A stretch of 64,000 nt of DNA, taken from positions 3,296-67,295 of the forward strand of contig JAJYZF010000004.1 in the NCBI GenBank assembly GCA_021800165.1. The letters run 5' to 3'. Both the position numbers and the translations under genes were made by a program. This document shows positions 1 to 9,828 of the stretch, piece by piece. Under the pieces are notes generated by a model. It searched no databases and was not told the origin of the DNA. It saw only the letters and a list, made by a program, of their open reading frames with translations. This DNA is from Planctomycetota bacterium. Its GTDB lineage: Bacteria > Planctomycetota > Phycisphaerae > WQYP01. The stretch's first letter is position 1. Each line of letters begins with the position of its first letter.

Positions 1-451
1 CCAAGGGGCCTCCCAACGCAATGCGATCCAGCGGCTCAATAAGCTCACCGTGCAGCTTTCCGCTGGCGGTTAAAATATTCACCGCGGCCAGCCATTGCAG
101 CACCCGCACGCACCACGCCGCCCGGTGCGGTGATTGCATCACCAATTCGCAGCCTAAGCCACTGTATTGCCCTGGCTGGATATCCTGTGGATGTATTCCC
201 CATGGATTAGACAGTGCCGTGGTAACATAGGCCCAATTCGGCCGGTTGGGCTGCGGCGGAGATTCGAGCACGGCATGGGTTAGCCAGCTCAGGTCTACCG
301 CGTTGCAACCCAATTGATGGAACAGCGGTGCCGCCAAGGGAAATATTTTTTCGGAAAAGGTGCCGAAGATAGCAGGATAGACGTGCTCTTCCCGCTCGAT
401 CCATATCTTTTCAAACCAGATGCGGCGAGATTCTTCGTCGTAAGCTTGCAT
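1..451 (-). CDS. SUFU-like (suppressor-of-fused domain) protein, partial; N-terminus in window, continues beyond window start
   Basis: Manual translation of the minus strand from ATG at 449-451 gives MQAYDEESRRIWFEKIWIEREEHVYPAIFG...NWAYVTTALSNPWG...GLGCELVMQSP...WCVRVLQWLAAVNI with no stop before the window edge. The W-YVT-GLS / G-G-ELT and Q-LA-Y pattern resembles the SUFU family. It is absent from the ORF track because it has no stop in the window. Confidence 0.45.
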   Translation of the reverse strand, partial: MQAYDEESRRIWFEKIWIEREEHVYPAIFGTFSEKIFPLAAPLFHQLGCNAVDLSWLTHAVLESPPQPNRPNWAYVTTALSNPWGIHPQDIQPGQYSGLGCELVMQSPHRAAWCVRVLQWLAAVNILTASGKLHGELIEPLDRIALGGPL

Positions 452-472
452 GGAGGGCCGAGCCAACCTGGT

Positions 473-694
473 TCAGGTGCCGGTATTAACAGGAGGCGGA
501 GTATTGGCTTCAAACAAGGTGCGTTGTTCACGCTTCTGAGCCTTGCGTAACTGCCGACGATTTCGCTCGCTGGGCTTTTCATAATAGGCAATGCGCTTCA
601 TGTCTTTGATAAGCCCCTCTTTTTCGCAGAGCTTTTTGAAGCGGCGCAGCATTTGTTCAACGGTTTCGTTCCCACGAGCCTTCACTTTGAGCAT
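473..694 (-). CDS. rpsU: 30S ribosomal protein S21
   Basis: 73 aa, MLKVKARGNETVEQMLRRFKKLCEKEGLIKDMKRIAYYEKPSERNRRQLRKAQKR. This is a typical S21 sequence. Confidence 0.85.
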   Translation of the reverse strand: MLKVKARGNETVEQMLRRFKKLCEKEGLIKDMKRIAYYEKPSERNRRQLRKAQKREQRTLFEANTPPPVNTGT

Positions 695-895
695 ACCAGA
701 CCAGCCTTTATTAAACCATTCTTAAATCCGGGAAAGTTATTATAATGGATGGGTGCAGGAGTTGCAAGTTGCACTTGACGGCTTGGCCGGAGGTATGGCC
801 TTGGACCAGAAGGTGCGATTAAGTCGATATAAAATTAAGCCTTGCCCTGCAATAGCGGAGCAGGCGTGTCGTTGTAACAAGAGGTATGGCATCTT
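695..895. promoter_or_regulatory. Divergent intergenic region between rpsU (-) and ECF sigma (+), presumed to hold both promoters
   Basis: 200-bp gap between divergently oriented genes. AAGAGG lies 10 nt upstream of the ATG at 896. No -35/-10 could be confidently assigned. Confidence 0.3.
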
Positions 896-1477
896 ATGGA
901 TTCGGACGCCATTGCGATCATGCTGGCAGGATGCCGACGCGGTGACACCGCCGCTTGGGATGCGCTGGTGGATGCCTATTGGCAAAGGCTTTATGGCTAT
1001 GCCTTACGGGCTACTAAGAACAGCGAATTGGCCCGGGACTTAGTCCAGGAAACGTTCCTGAGAATCGTACAAAAATTGGAAAAGTACGACCATCAGGGCA
1101 AGTTTGAGGCATGGCTTTTTCGCATTCTGGTAAATCTGGTCAGAGACCACGGGCGCGTCAGTGCGCGCAGGCCTGTGCGGTCGATTGTGAGTAAAGATGG
1201 TGACGGAACCAATGACATTACCGACGATTTACCGGGCAAATCATCGTTGCCTGCGGACTTCCTTCAGCACGATGAGGATGTCCTGCGGATGGAGGCGGCT
1301 TTGGGCCGCCTTTCAGAGATGGACCGTCAGGTTTTGTTGCTCCGACACTATGGCGACATGCCGTTTAAGGATATTGCCCGCGTTCTCAACTGCCCCATTG
1401 GAACCGTGCTTGCCAGGGCTCACCGGGCCATGGGCAAGCTCCGTCTACTTATGGAGGTAACCGATGAAAAATCTTAG
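896..1477 (+). CDS. RNA polymerase ECF-type sigma-70 factor
   Basis: Region 2 (LVQETFLRIVQKLEKYD...FEAWLFRILVNLVRD) and region 4 (LSEMDRQVLLLRHYGDMPFKDIARVLNCPIGTVLARAHRAMGKL) motifs. Confidence 0.85.
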   Translation: MDSDAIAIMLAGCRRGDTAAWDALVDAYWQRLYGYALRATKNSELARDLVQETFLRIVQKLEKYDHQGKFEAWLFRILVNLVRDHGRVSARRPVRSIVSKDGDGTNDITDDLPGKSSLPADFLQHDEDVLRMEAALGRLSEMDRQVLLLRHYGDMPFKDIARVLNCPIGTVLARAHRAMGKLRLLMEVTDEKS

Positions 1478-2078
1478 CCTATCCCAGACCTGCTTGTTGG
1501 ATGTATCGGGGGAACTCGGGCCGCAGGCGGCCCGTCGGTTGCACACGCATGTGGATCTTTATCCCGCGGCTCATCTTGAATATGAGTTGATCCGCAGCCG
1601 CTTTAACATGCTTCGATCTTTGCCGCGTTTTCAAGATCAGGCCGACGAAGCAGCCAAGACCCGTGTAGCCGAATCGATCAAATCCGGAATTCATGCCGCA
1701 CTTCGGGAGCAACGTCGGCAACAACGCCACCGCCAATGGAGTCGCCTGTGTTTTCAGGCGCTTTCGGTGGCGTCCGGAATGGCCGCATGTCTGGTTATTG
1801 CCGGCGGTATTTATGCCGTCCAAATGCGCACCTTGGCGCGCCATCAACGCATGTTGGATGCGGAATCCGCCTTCCGCGATGTGGCCCATGCCTCACTGCC
1901 CAATCAGCCCGATTCCACCTATGCCGTGGTTTCACACGAAATCGCCGCTTTGCGGGCGACTCACGGTCTGGCTGCGACCTCCAGTATTGGCAACATCCAC
2001 ATGATGAGGCTCCTGCAGGCTCTGGATAAGGTGGCTACCGCCGCCGCCTCTTCGGCCACCGGCCAGCCGTCTGAATAA
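1464..2078 (+). CDS. Putative anti-sigma factor (single-pass membrane protein)
   Basis: Overlaps the sigma gene stop by 14 nt. One predicted TM helix (LCFQALSVASGMAACLVIAGGIYAV) follows a cytoplasmic N-domain, the usual ECF partner architecture. No sequence family was recognised. Confidence 0.5.
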   Translation: MKNLSLSQTCLLDVSGELGPQAARRLHTHVDLYPAAHLEYELIRSRFNMLRSLPRFQDQADEAAKTRVAESIKSGIHAALREQRRQQRHRQWSRLCFQALSVASGMAACLVIAGGIYAVQMRTLARHQRMLDAESAFRDVAHASLPNQPDSTYAVVSHEIAALRATHGLAATSSIGNIHMMRLLQALDKVATAAASSATGQPSE

Positions 2079-2217
2079 ATGACCACGGTTCAGTTTCACA
2101 GCGGTCCACACGTGGGCCAGTGATGTTGCATTGGCGGACCCGGTGGTTTAAATAAATATCGGCGGCTTTGTAAGCGCTTGATCGCCCGACCTTGCTCGAC
2201 CTTGCTTAGGAGTTGAA

Positions 2218-2832
2218 TTGATGTTCAAGCTTTCTTCCAATTCCCCTCTCCACCATGGTGTAAAATTCGCAAGCATCAGCATGGTGGCTTGCGCCGCCCT
2301 GCTGACCTTAACTTTGACCGGTACCGTCCGTGGCGCGCCGCTGCACCGGCCATCCCAATTGACAGCGCCGCAGATTCAGAAAATTCTGCAGTTTTTGGAA
2401 ACCACTGATCCATCCGTCTATCACGAAGCCCTGACCCTGCGGCGGTCCAACCCGGCCAAATTCGTCAGACTCATCAGCGCCGCGGCACCCAACTTTCGCC
2501 GCCTGGAGAGTTTACAAAAATCCGATCCTAAACTCTTCTCGCTAACCATCCAAGATCTTTCTCTCACCCATCAATCGTTTAACCTGGCAGATCGGCTGCG
2601 CCAGCCGGGACTCACCAGGCAACAAAACCAGCGTCTGCGCACCCGCTTGCTCAATATCGTCTCGGAGCAGTTTGGCGTTAGACAACAGATTCGTAAGCTG
2701 GAACTGGACCAGTTAATGCGGAAGATCAATGCGCTAAAAGCCCAGTACGCCCGCCGCCAAAAAAACCAGGCGGAAATTATTGCTAAACGCGTTGCGGATC
2801 TCGTCGGCAAACCACCCAGCGTCAACTGGTAG
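2218..2832 (+). CDS. Periplasmic LTXXQ-motif protein (CpxP/Spy-like)
   Basis: Signal peptide (SISMVACAALLTLTLTGTVRGAP). Two LTXXQ motifs (LTAPQ, LTRQQ). Q/R-rich helical sequence. AGGAG RBS before the ATG at 2218. Lies directly downstream of the ECF sigma/anti-sigma pair. Confidence 0.5.
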   Translation: MMFKLSSNSPLHHGVKFASISMVACAALLTLTLTGTVRGAPLHRPSQLTAPQIQKILQFLETTDPSVYHEALTLRRSNPAKFVRLISAAAPNFRRLESLQKSDPKLFSLTIQDLSLTHQSFNLADRLRQPGLTRQQNQRLRTRLLNIVSEQFGVRQQIRKLELDQLMRKINALKAQYARRQKNQAEIIAKRVADLVGKPPSVNW

Positions 2833-3020
2833 CAGACAATAGAAATGCGTTTTTTGCGACGGTACCAGCACAGCTCCAATGAAGCCGAACCTGGGAGCTT
2901 GGCGGAATCATTAGATATAATATAATAATATAAATATGTAGAGTATATTTCTTAAACCATGGGTAATACCTGGTCTTAGCGGATAGCTGATATTTTCATA
3001 TCCCCATGAAGATGGCCAAC

Positions 3021-3740
3021 TCACATCGCGGTGGGCCCGGAAGATCCAGGCCGATGAACGCACAGGGCATCGGCCGGTAGACGGGATTTGTGATTCCTGA
3101 TCACCTGCTCCAAGCCCCTGGCCTCGCCGGTCCATAGGTAGGTAAAGAACCCCTTGGGAAGCACCCGAGCAACCAGCAGGGTCCAAGATTCCGTATCCGG
3201 ATGCGAACCGCTATGCCCATACAACGCCAAGGCTTTAATGACATCCTGGTGTTTGATTGGAGCCATATCCAATTGCGTATCCGGAATGGACAAAGCCAGA
3301 TCGCGCAGCACCGGCCTGTACAGATGCGCACAATAATGGAGCAAATCCCGATACCGGTTGAGCTGATGGATGTCATCATCAAAATGCGACGGATTCAACA
3401 CCCGCACCGCTTCCTGATAAGGAAGCTGCGGAACATAGTTTAAAGTGGCCGACAATTGTGCATGCAACTGATCAAACCGACTGCCGAAGGCATGGCCCAT
3501 TTTCAGCGCACTGCACGCATCCGTCCGAAACCCGCATTGTCCACACACCCGCTGTCTTGGCGTATAGAACTTCCACGGTCCAAGCTTGCGGGCTTGAAAT
3601 TCCAACGGCGACGCACACGCCGGGCACAAAAGAGGCTCTTTGTCCACCACCGCCTCCTTCACCACACTTGGAATCGCGGCACAGCGCAAGCCTGGCAACA
3701 ACCTTACGCACGATTCCTTCTCTCCCCAACCCTCAAGCAA
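3021..3740 (-). CDS. Hypothetical protein with an N-terminal Cys4 zinc-ribbon (CPAC...CGQC)
   Basis: Longest ORF in the region, 239 aa. CxxC-x21-CxxC near the N-terminus. No family recognised. The start codon is uncertain. Confidence 0.35.
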   Translation of the reverse strand: MLEGWGEKESCVRLLPGLRCAAIPSVVKEAVVDKEPLLCPACASPLEFQARKLGPWKFYTPRQRVCGQCGFRTDACSALKMGHAFGSRFDQLHAQLSATLNYVPQLPYQEAVRVLNPSHFDDDIHQLNRYRDLLHYCAHLYRPVLRDLALSIPDTQLDMAPIKHQDVIKALALYGHSGSHPDTESWTLLVARVLPKGFFTYLWTGEARGLEQVIRNHKSRLPADALCVHRPGSSGPTAM

Positions 3741-4139
3741 TTCGCCATCACACCAGCCCTATAATAGCCATATTAACCACTGCCCCGTAACTGTCAAGCA
3801 AAAATATTGCCTTATCGCAGTGACACCCCACCACCGAAAATATCTTTGGGCCGCGCCATCGCGCCGGGGGCACCGTGAGCAACAAACTGCCGCCGCGGCA
3901 GCCGCCTCGGTTCTGGCCTGAAGCTTCATCCGGCCGAACCGTGCCATCAGCCACGGGCAACTCCCCTAAAGTCACAGATAAATTATTGCGCGCTCGATAG
4001 CCGGTCGTGGCCCGGATGGATATTGCCGCCCCAATATCCCTTCTCCAACTTCACATCGTTCTGATTTTGTTGCTTCTGCGCCCCCCCCCACTGCGATAAC
4101 AGCCCACGCCCAAGCGCAAAACAAGGCGTACACTACGGC

Positions 4140-5291
4140 TCACGTAGAAGTCTTAATGCCTTTCATGCGCATACGCAATTCATCCGGATTGGGCGAGACT
4201 ATATACGCCTCTTTGGGAGAAATGGTATGACTTTCAATAAGTTCCACCAGATTATCGTTAAAGTCGATCATTCCCGCGGTGCGCTCCTGACGAATGACCG
4301 AAACAAGTTCATTTTCACGACCTTCCAGAATGTATTTTTTCACGGATGGGGAATTCAATAACAATTCCACCACCGGCACACGATCTCCGCCGGTCTTCAG
4401 CGATGGCACCAACTTTTGAAACACAATGGCCTTCATGTTGGTGGCCAGGGCCTGACGGATGTTCACATGCATGTCCGGCGGAAACAATTCAAGAATGCGC
4501 GTGATCGCCCCGCTGGCACTACCCGCGTGAATCGTTGAATAGACCATATGGCCGGTTTCCGCCGCCTGCACCCCGGCCTGAAACGTATTGCGGTCGCGCA
4601 TTTCCCCGATAAGAATAACATCCGGATCTTCGCGCATCAGTGAGCGAATGGCCAGATCATAACTTTCAACATCCAGGCCGATTTCACGCTGATTTATAAA
4701 AGCCTTTTTATCAACATATAAATATTCAATCGGATCCTCCACCGTTACGACATGACAGGATCGCCGCTCATTGACCTGCTCAAGCATCGCGGCAATGGTG
4801 GTGCTTTTTCCACTGCCCGTGATGCCCGCCAACAGCACCAGACCCTGTTCCTGTTCGGCGATCTTTTCAAAGATCGCGGGCAGATGCAGTTGGGCAAAGT
4901 TGGGAATTTTGGGATTGATCCGCCGGGCCGCCACGCTGATGTTGCCGCGTTGGCGAAAAATGTTCATACGGAATCGTTCCGTGGGCGTGACGGCATGGGC
5001 TATATCCAAGGCCCCCAGATGTCGCAAATCCACACGCTGTTCCGGCGTGAGAATTTCATCCACCATGGCTTCTATTTCCGTATTGGTCAGGGCCATGTGG
5101 GTGGTCTGCATCAGTTTGCCACCCTTGCGAATGCGCGGTACCGCATCCGCCTTCAGGTGTAGATCGCTGCCTTCGAGTTTGGTAACCGCATCCAAAAATT
5201 TATGAATGCGCGGCCGAGCCGCACGGGTGACCACCGGCTCAACAGGCGAAGATTCCACTGCCACCAATTCGTTTTCGCTAGCCATGCGCAT
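4140..5291 (-). CDS. pilT: Type IV pilus retraction ATPase PilT/PilU family
   Basis: Walker A GITGSGKST, Asp box, His box (TGHMVYSTIHAGSA), PilT-type C-terminus. AGGTGGAG RBS upstream of the ATG at 5289-5291. Confidence 0.85.
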   Translation of the reverse strand: MRMASENELVAVESSPVEPVVTRAARPRIHKFLDAVTKLEGSDLHLKADAVPRIRKGGKLMQTTHMALTNTEIEAMVDEILTPEQRVDLRHLGALDIAHAVTPTERFRMNIFRQRGNISVAARRINPKIPNFAQLHLPAIFEKIAEQEQGLVLLAGITGSGKSTTIAAMLEQVNERRSCHVVTVEDPIEYLYVDKKAFINQREIGLDVESYDLAIRSLMREDPDVILIGEMRDRNTFQAGVQAAETGHMVYSTIHAGSASGAITRILELFPPDMHVNIRQALATNMKAIVFQKLVPSLKTGGDRVPVVELLLNSPSVKKYILEGRENELVSVIRQERTAGMIDFNDNLVELIESHTISPKEAYIVSPNPDELRMRMKGIKTST

Positions 5292-5367
5292 TAGACTCCA
5301 CCTAAGAACTTCGACATCATACCGGTTCCATCTTGAAATTTCACTCCTGGTTTTACCGCCGCATCGA

Positions 5368-6057
5368 TCAGATAACCAATTGCTCCAACCCGGTCAGACC
5401 AAGCATTTCCTCCACATAGAAAGGTTCGCCATAGGCTCGCCGAATAGTGCCGCCAAAATAAGCCGCTATCTGACGCACATACGCAATGGTTTCCCCGGCA
5501 TGGGCGGCATCGCGTCCGGTAAAAAATTGCGATTGATAGCAGGACAGCGCGGCAATTTTAGTCTCCATCACGTCCGAAATATCCAGGCAAAACCGGGCCG
5601 GAAAATTGATGCGCAAATGCGTGCAAAAATAATAAATCAGCCGCGGCGGATAAAACGGCTCGCCGGGAATATCACTGCGTGTGAGTTTCGCATCAAATCG
5701 GGCATCTTCACAAATGCGGGTGACCGCCAGATGATCCGGGTGGGCATCGTGCGCATAAGGAATAAAGAGAATATCCGGTCGGTGCTGCCGATAAATAGCC
5801 GCGACACGGTGTCGTGCCTCCAGCGAATGTATGACTTGACGATTTTTAAACCCCGCCTGCTGCCGCGACACGCCCAGAGCGCTGGCCGCGGCGTGAGCCT
5901 CCCTGGCTCGCAACTCCGGCGATCCAAACGGGGTAGGCTCTCCATCGGTCATATCCAGAAGGACCACGCGATGTCCAGCCTGGCGCAACCGCACAATCGT
6001 CCCCCCCATCGCCAACTCCTGATCATCCGGATGCGGCCCAACCACCAGTATGTTCAT
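5368..6057 (-). CDS. PIG-L/LmbE family N-acetylglucosaminyl deacetylase (BshB-like)
   Basis: MNILVVGPHPDDQELAMGGT...HPDH motif typical of LmbE/PIG-L deacetylases. Confidence 0.8.
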   Translation of the reverse strand: MNILVVGPHPDDQELAMGGTIVRLRQAGHRVVLLDMTDGEPTPFGSPELRAREAHAAASALGVSRQQAGFKNRQVIHSLEARHRVAAIYRQHRPDILFIPYAHDAHPDHLAVTRICEDARFDAKLTRSDIPGEPFYPPRLIYYFCTHLRINFPARFCLDISDVMETKIAALSCYQSQFFTGRDAAHAGETIAYVRQIAAYFGGTIRRAYGEPFYVEEMLGLTGLEQLVI

Positions 6058-6123
6058 ATTTCATCCATCCAAGCCGGTCCAGCCCGCCAATCGCCCAGGA
6101 ACGCAGTCCCGACACCAGACTTC

Positions 6124-7260
6124 CTACCGCTCTGCCATGGGAATCCAATGCTCGTTGCGCCGCCCGATGTATTCCGCCCGCGGTCGAATGAGCTTGTTGT
6201 GGGCATACTGCTCCAGAATGTGGGCAATCCAGCCGCTGGTGCGGCTGATGGCAAAAATCGGCGTGAAAAGGTCCGAAGGAATATTGAGGTAGTGATAAAC
6301 CGAGGCACTGTAAAAGTCGACATTGGGTTTAAGCCCTTTGCTCCCTGCGACGATCTGCTCAATTTTTACCGACATTTCGTACCACTGTTCCTGCCGGGTC
6401 AAGGTTCCAAGTTGCCGCGACATCTCCCGCAGGTGCCGGGCCCGCGGATCGCCGTCCTTATAAACCGCATGGCCGAAGCCCATAATTTTTTCTCCCGCCG
6501 CCAGACGGTTACGGATGTATGGTTCGGCACCGGCCACCGTACCAATCTCGTTAAGCATTTTCATGACCTGCTCATTGGCTCCGCCATGCAAGGGCCCCTT
6601 CAGCGCGCAAATCGCCGCGGTAATAGCCGAGTGCATGTCGGTCAGCGTCGCCGCCGAAACGCGGGCGGTAAAAGTACTGGCGTTGAGTTCGTGATCCGCA
6701 TGTAAAATGTAGGCTTTATCCAAGGCCCGAACCGCCAGCGGTTCCGGCTCCGTGCCACGCAACATAAACAAAAAATTGCCGGCCAGACCCAAATCGTGCC
6801 GCGGCTCGACCGGTGAGCGATCGTTGCGAATACGATCGTAGGCGGCGACGATGCCCGCCATTTGGCCCAGAATACGAATGCTTTTGCGCTGGTTGGCGGC
6901 CGGAGAGTTATCTTCTGATTCTGGATCAAACATGCCCATGGCACTCACCGCCGTCCGCAACGCCTCCATCGGTGTGATACGGCGCGGGAAAGATTTCATC
7001 AGGGCCAGCAGCCCGGATGGAACCTGCGACTGGGCAGCCAGACCGGTCTTGAATTCAGCCAGTTCCGACCTGTTGGGCAGATGACCGTGCCAAAGCAGGT
7101 ATACCACTTCCTCAAACGTGCCATGATCCGCCATTTCGTCGATGGTAATACCCCGATAAGTCAGAACTCCATTTTCGATGGAGCATATATCTGAACTCAA
7201 AGCCACCACATCGCGCAGTCCGGCAGGGCTTGAGGAAGACTTAATCACTGGCTCCGGCAT
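6124..7260 (-). CDS. gltA: Citrate synthase (short, dimeric type)
   Basis: 378 aa. GFGHAVYK, HGGANE and other citrate synthase active-site motifs. Confidence 0.9.
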   Translation of the reverse strand: MPEPVIKSSSSPAGLRDVVALSSDICSIENGVLTYRGITIDEMADHGTFEEVVYLLWHGHLPNRSELAEFKTGLAAQSQVPSGLLALMKSFPRRITPMEALRTAVSAMGMFDPESEDNSPAANQRKSIRILGQMAGIVAAYDRIRNDRSPVEPRHDLGLAGNFLFMLRGTEPEPLAVRALDKAYILHADHELNASTFTARVSAATLTDMHSAITAAICALKGPLHGGANEQVMKMLNEIGTVAGAEPYIRNRLAAGEKIMGFGHAVYKDGDPRARHLREMSRQLGTLTRQEQWYEMSVKIEQIVAGSKGLKPNVDFYSASVYHYLNIPSDLFTPIFAISRTSGWIAHILEQYAHNKLIRPRAEYIGRRNEHWIPMAER

Positions 7261-7445
7261 GCAACAAACTCCTGATGATAAGGCCGCTTCGGACCAACCA
7301 CTTCAGACCACGAATCATACTCAACATTTTCCATGAAGTACAGCAGCCAAGCCAAAACGATCCTGAAAAATTCTCCCCCCTCAACCCGCCCTGCACACCT
7401 CGTCCAAGACCGGGCGGGCTGCATGTTGCTCACCGAACCGTTATC

Positions 7446-8402
7446 ATGCCATCTGTTATGAAAACGCCCATTGTTGTTATCGTTGGCTGCACCGCGTCGG
7501 GAAAATCAGATTTGGCTGAAGCGCTGGCGGAATCCTTCCCAACCGCCAACAGCCAGCCCGCGACGATCATGGCGGTTGATTCGATGCAGGTTTATCGCGG
7601 CATGGATATCGGCACAGCCAAGCCCGATCCGACGGTGCGACAGCGGATCAAACATCTGATGATTGATGTGGCCGACCCCTGGGAAACATTTTCCGCGGCC
7701 CGGTTTGTGCAACTCGCCGCCCCGCTTCTGCAAGCGCACCGCCGTGGCCATCAACCCCTGATTCTCGTAACCGGAACCGTACTTTACCTGCGCGCATTGT
7801 TGGAGGGTTTGTTTGCCGGACCAGCCTCGGATACGGCCTTTCGCGCCATGTTGCAAACGCGGGCCGCGCAAGAAGGATCCGCAATTTTACATCGGGAATT
7901 GCGGCAGGTAGACCCCGCAGCCGCCGAGAAAATTCACCCCAACGACTTACGCCGCATCGTTCGCGCCCTGGAAGTTTTTCATGCCACCGGCCAGCCCATC
8001 AGCGAATTGCAAACGCAATGGTCCGCTCGGCCAGGCGATGATTCCATCCTATGGCTGGGAATTCAGCGCCGGCGTGATGATTTAAACGGTCGTATCAATC
8101 GCCGCGTCAAGGCCATGATCACCGCCGGACTCGTTGCGGAGGTGCAGACCCTGATCGCCGGCAAAAACCCCCTTTCCGCTGAAGCCGCCAGCGCCGTGGG
8201 CTACCGGCAAATACTCGAATACCTCTCCGGCCGCTGCACGCTGGAAGATGCCACCGAAGCGATTAAAATACGCACGCGGCATCTGGCCAAGCTCCAGCGC
8301 ACCTGGCTGAAGCGCTTTTCCGGCATACACTGGCTGGAGCCGGAACCGCATCAATCGGGTGCGGATATGCTGCCCGCGGTACTGCCATGGCTGAAGTCCT
8401 GA
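7446..8402 (+). CDS. miaA: tRNA dimethylallyltransferase
   Basis: P-loop VIVGCTASGKS, DSMQVYRGMDIGTAKP, the RR..RALEV motif. The ORF-track start at 7275 is an upstream extension. ATG at 7446 (MPSVMKTPIVV) or 7458 is the likely true start. Confidence 0.85.
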   Translation: MPSVMKTPIVVIVGCTASGKSDLAEALAESFPTANSQPATIMAVDSMQVYRGMDIGTAKPDPTVRQRIKHLMIDVADPWETFSAARFVQLAAPLLQAHRRGHQPLILVTGTVLYLRALLEGLFAGPASDTAFRAMLQTRAAQEGSAILHRELRQVDPAAAEKIHPNDLRRIVRALEVFHATGQPISELQTQWSARPGDDSILWLGIQRRRDDLNGRINRRVKAMITAGLVAEVQTLIAGKNPLSAEAASAVGYRQILEYLSGRCTLEDATEAIKIRTRHLAKLQRTWLKRFSGIHWLEPEPHQSGADMLPAVLPWLKS

Positions 8403-8445
8403 CCGACCAGCTCCGGCCCCAAGCGACGCCCTCCAACAAAAAGGA

Positions 8446-9828
8446 ATGATTGTGCGAATTCTGGCCATAGACGTGGGGTCTTCTTCCATCAAGGCGGGCT
8501 ATTTCAAAAATGGCCGCCTTAAAGATTTCGCCCATATCCCCGTCGTGAGTTTGTTACAGACCAGCGAGGTGGAAGTACCCGCTGCCGGCTTGCTGGCCGC
8601 CTTTGAAAAAGCCATCAGCAAAGCCATGGCCTCCCATAAAAAACTTGATGCCATTGCCTTGGATACATTTTCACCCGGCTTGGTGGCACTCGACAAGCAG
8701 GGCCAACCGATTGTCGGCTGCATTACCCACCAGGATCGGCGCAGCCAACAACAGGCCTGCCAGCTCGAAGCCCGAATCGGGGCCGACCGGCACCTGAAAA
8801 TTACGGGCAATCGGCCATTTCCCGGCGGTATCGCATCCACATCACTGTTATGGATTAAACAGCGACAACCCGGCCGATTTAAAAAAATTGCCAAAATCGG
8901 ACAACCCACCACCCTGCTGGTCCATCACCTGACCGGTCAATGGACGATTGACCCATCCCAGGCAGCCTTCTTAGGATTGTACGAAGCCCTGAGTTTGGCT
9001 GGATGGTCCGCTGAATTATGCGACGCCGTAGGCATTAAAGTGCCGCAACTGCCTCAGATACTATTCGCCGATGAGGTCGCTGGAAAAACCCTCCCGCCAG
9101 TTTCCCAGCGCCTGGGCATTCCCAGCGGCACGCCGGTCTTCGCCTCGCTAGTGGATACCAGTGCCGCCATGCTGGCTACATCCGCCCAGCCGGGCACCTT
9201 GGTCCACAGCGCCGGCTCCAGTGATGTGTTGGCCCTTTGCCTTAAAGTCCCGCAGCCCGCACCCGACATTCTCACCCGCCCCCTGGGGCCTGGGAAGTAC
9301 GTGCCGCGACGTTGGCTGGCGGTAAGTACCATTGCCGCCGGTGGATCCACCATGAAATGGCTGCATGAGAATTTATTCCACGATCTTTCGGCCAAAGCGT
9401 TTTCCAAACTGACCATGCGCATCGGTCAGCACGTGCTACTGACCGGGCCGGACCAGACCCTCCTCCCAGACGCCGATTCCGCAACCCCGGTAACCTTCCA
9501 ACCGTATCTGGCGGGAGATCGCACCAGTATGGACAACCGCGCCGCCGCCTTTGCAAACCTGACCTTGGCCACCGATCGCCGCGCCATGCTCCAGGCGGCC
9601 ATAATGGCCCTGGCGAAAGCCAGTCAAGAACGGTTTGCACGCCTTGCCAAGATTCATCCTCTCCGCAGTCCCATTTATACCATGGGCGGCCAAGCGGAAC
9701 TGGCGGCAATTATGCAGCGTTGCTGGCCCGGCGACTGGAAGTTTCAGCCGCTCGAACATGAGGCCTTGGGCGGTTTGATAAAAATGGTGGCGTCGCTGGA
9801 AACCAGGGCTTTCGGTCAGGAACAATGA
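8446..9828 (+). CDS. FGGY-family carbohydrate kinase
   Basis: N-terminal LAIDVGSSSIKAG and FGGY C-domain features. Substrate not assignable. Confidence 0.7.
   Translation: MIVRILAIDVGSSSIKAGYFKNGRLKDFAHIPVVSLLQTSEVEVPAAGLLAAFEKAISKAMASHKKLDAIALDTFSPGLVALDKQGQPIVGCITHQDRRSQQQACQLEARIGADRHLKITGNRPFPGGIASTSLLWIKQRQPGRFKKIAKIGQPTTLLVHHLTGQWTIDPSQAAFLGLYEALSLAGWSAELCDAVGIKVPQLPQILFADEVAGKTLPPVSQRLGIPSGTPVFASLVDTSAAMLATSAQPGTLVHSAGSSDVLALCLKVPQPAPDILTRPLGPGKYVPRRWLAVSTIAAGGSTMKWLHENLFHDLSAKAFSKLTMRIGQHVLLTGPDQTLLPDADSATPVTFQPYLAGDRTSMDNRAAAFANLTLATDRRAMLQAAIMALAKASQERFARLAKIHPLRSPIYTMGGQAELAAIMQRCWPGDWKFQPLEHEALGGLIKMVASLETRAFGQEQ

Noticed and set aside
3021-3740. RecO assignment for the zinc-ribbon ORF
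   Set aside because: The zinc knuckles are N-terminal here but C-terminal in RecO, and no OB-fold-like N-domain is seen. Left as hypothetical.
5206-6705. 499-aa plus-strand ORF spanning pilT, the PIG-L deacetylase and citrate synthase on the opposite strand
   Set aside because: Arg/Pro-rich low-complexity translation antisense to three well-supported genes. This is a typical high-GC spurious ORF.
7275-7445. Upstream extension of miaA from the ORF track
   Set aside because: The conserved MiaA P-loop begins a few residues after the ATG at 7446.
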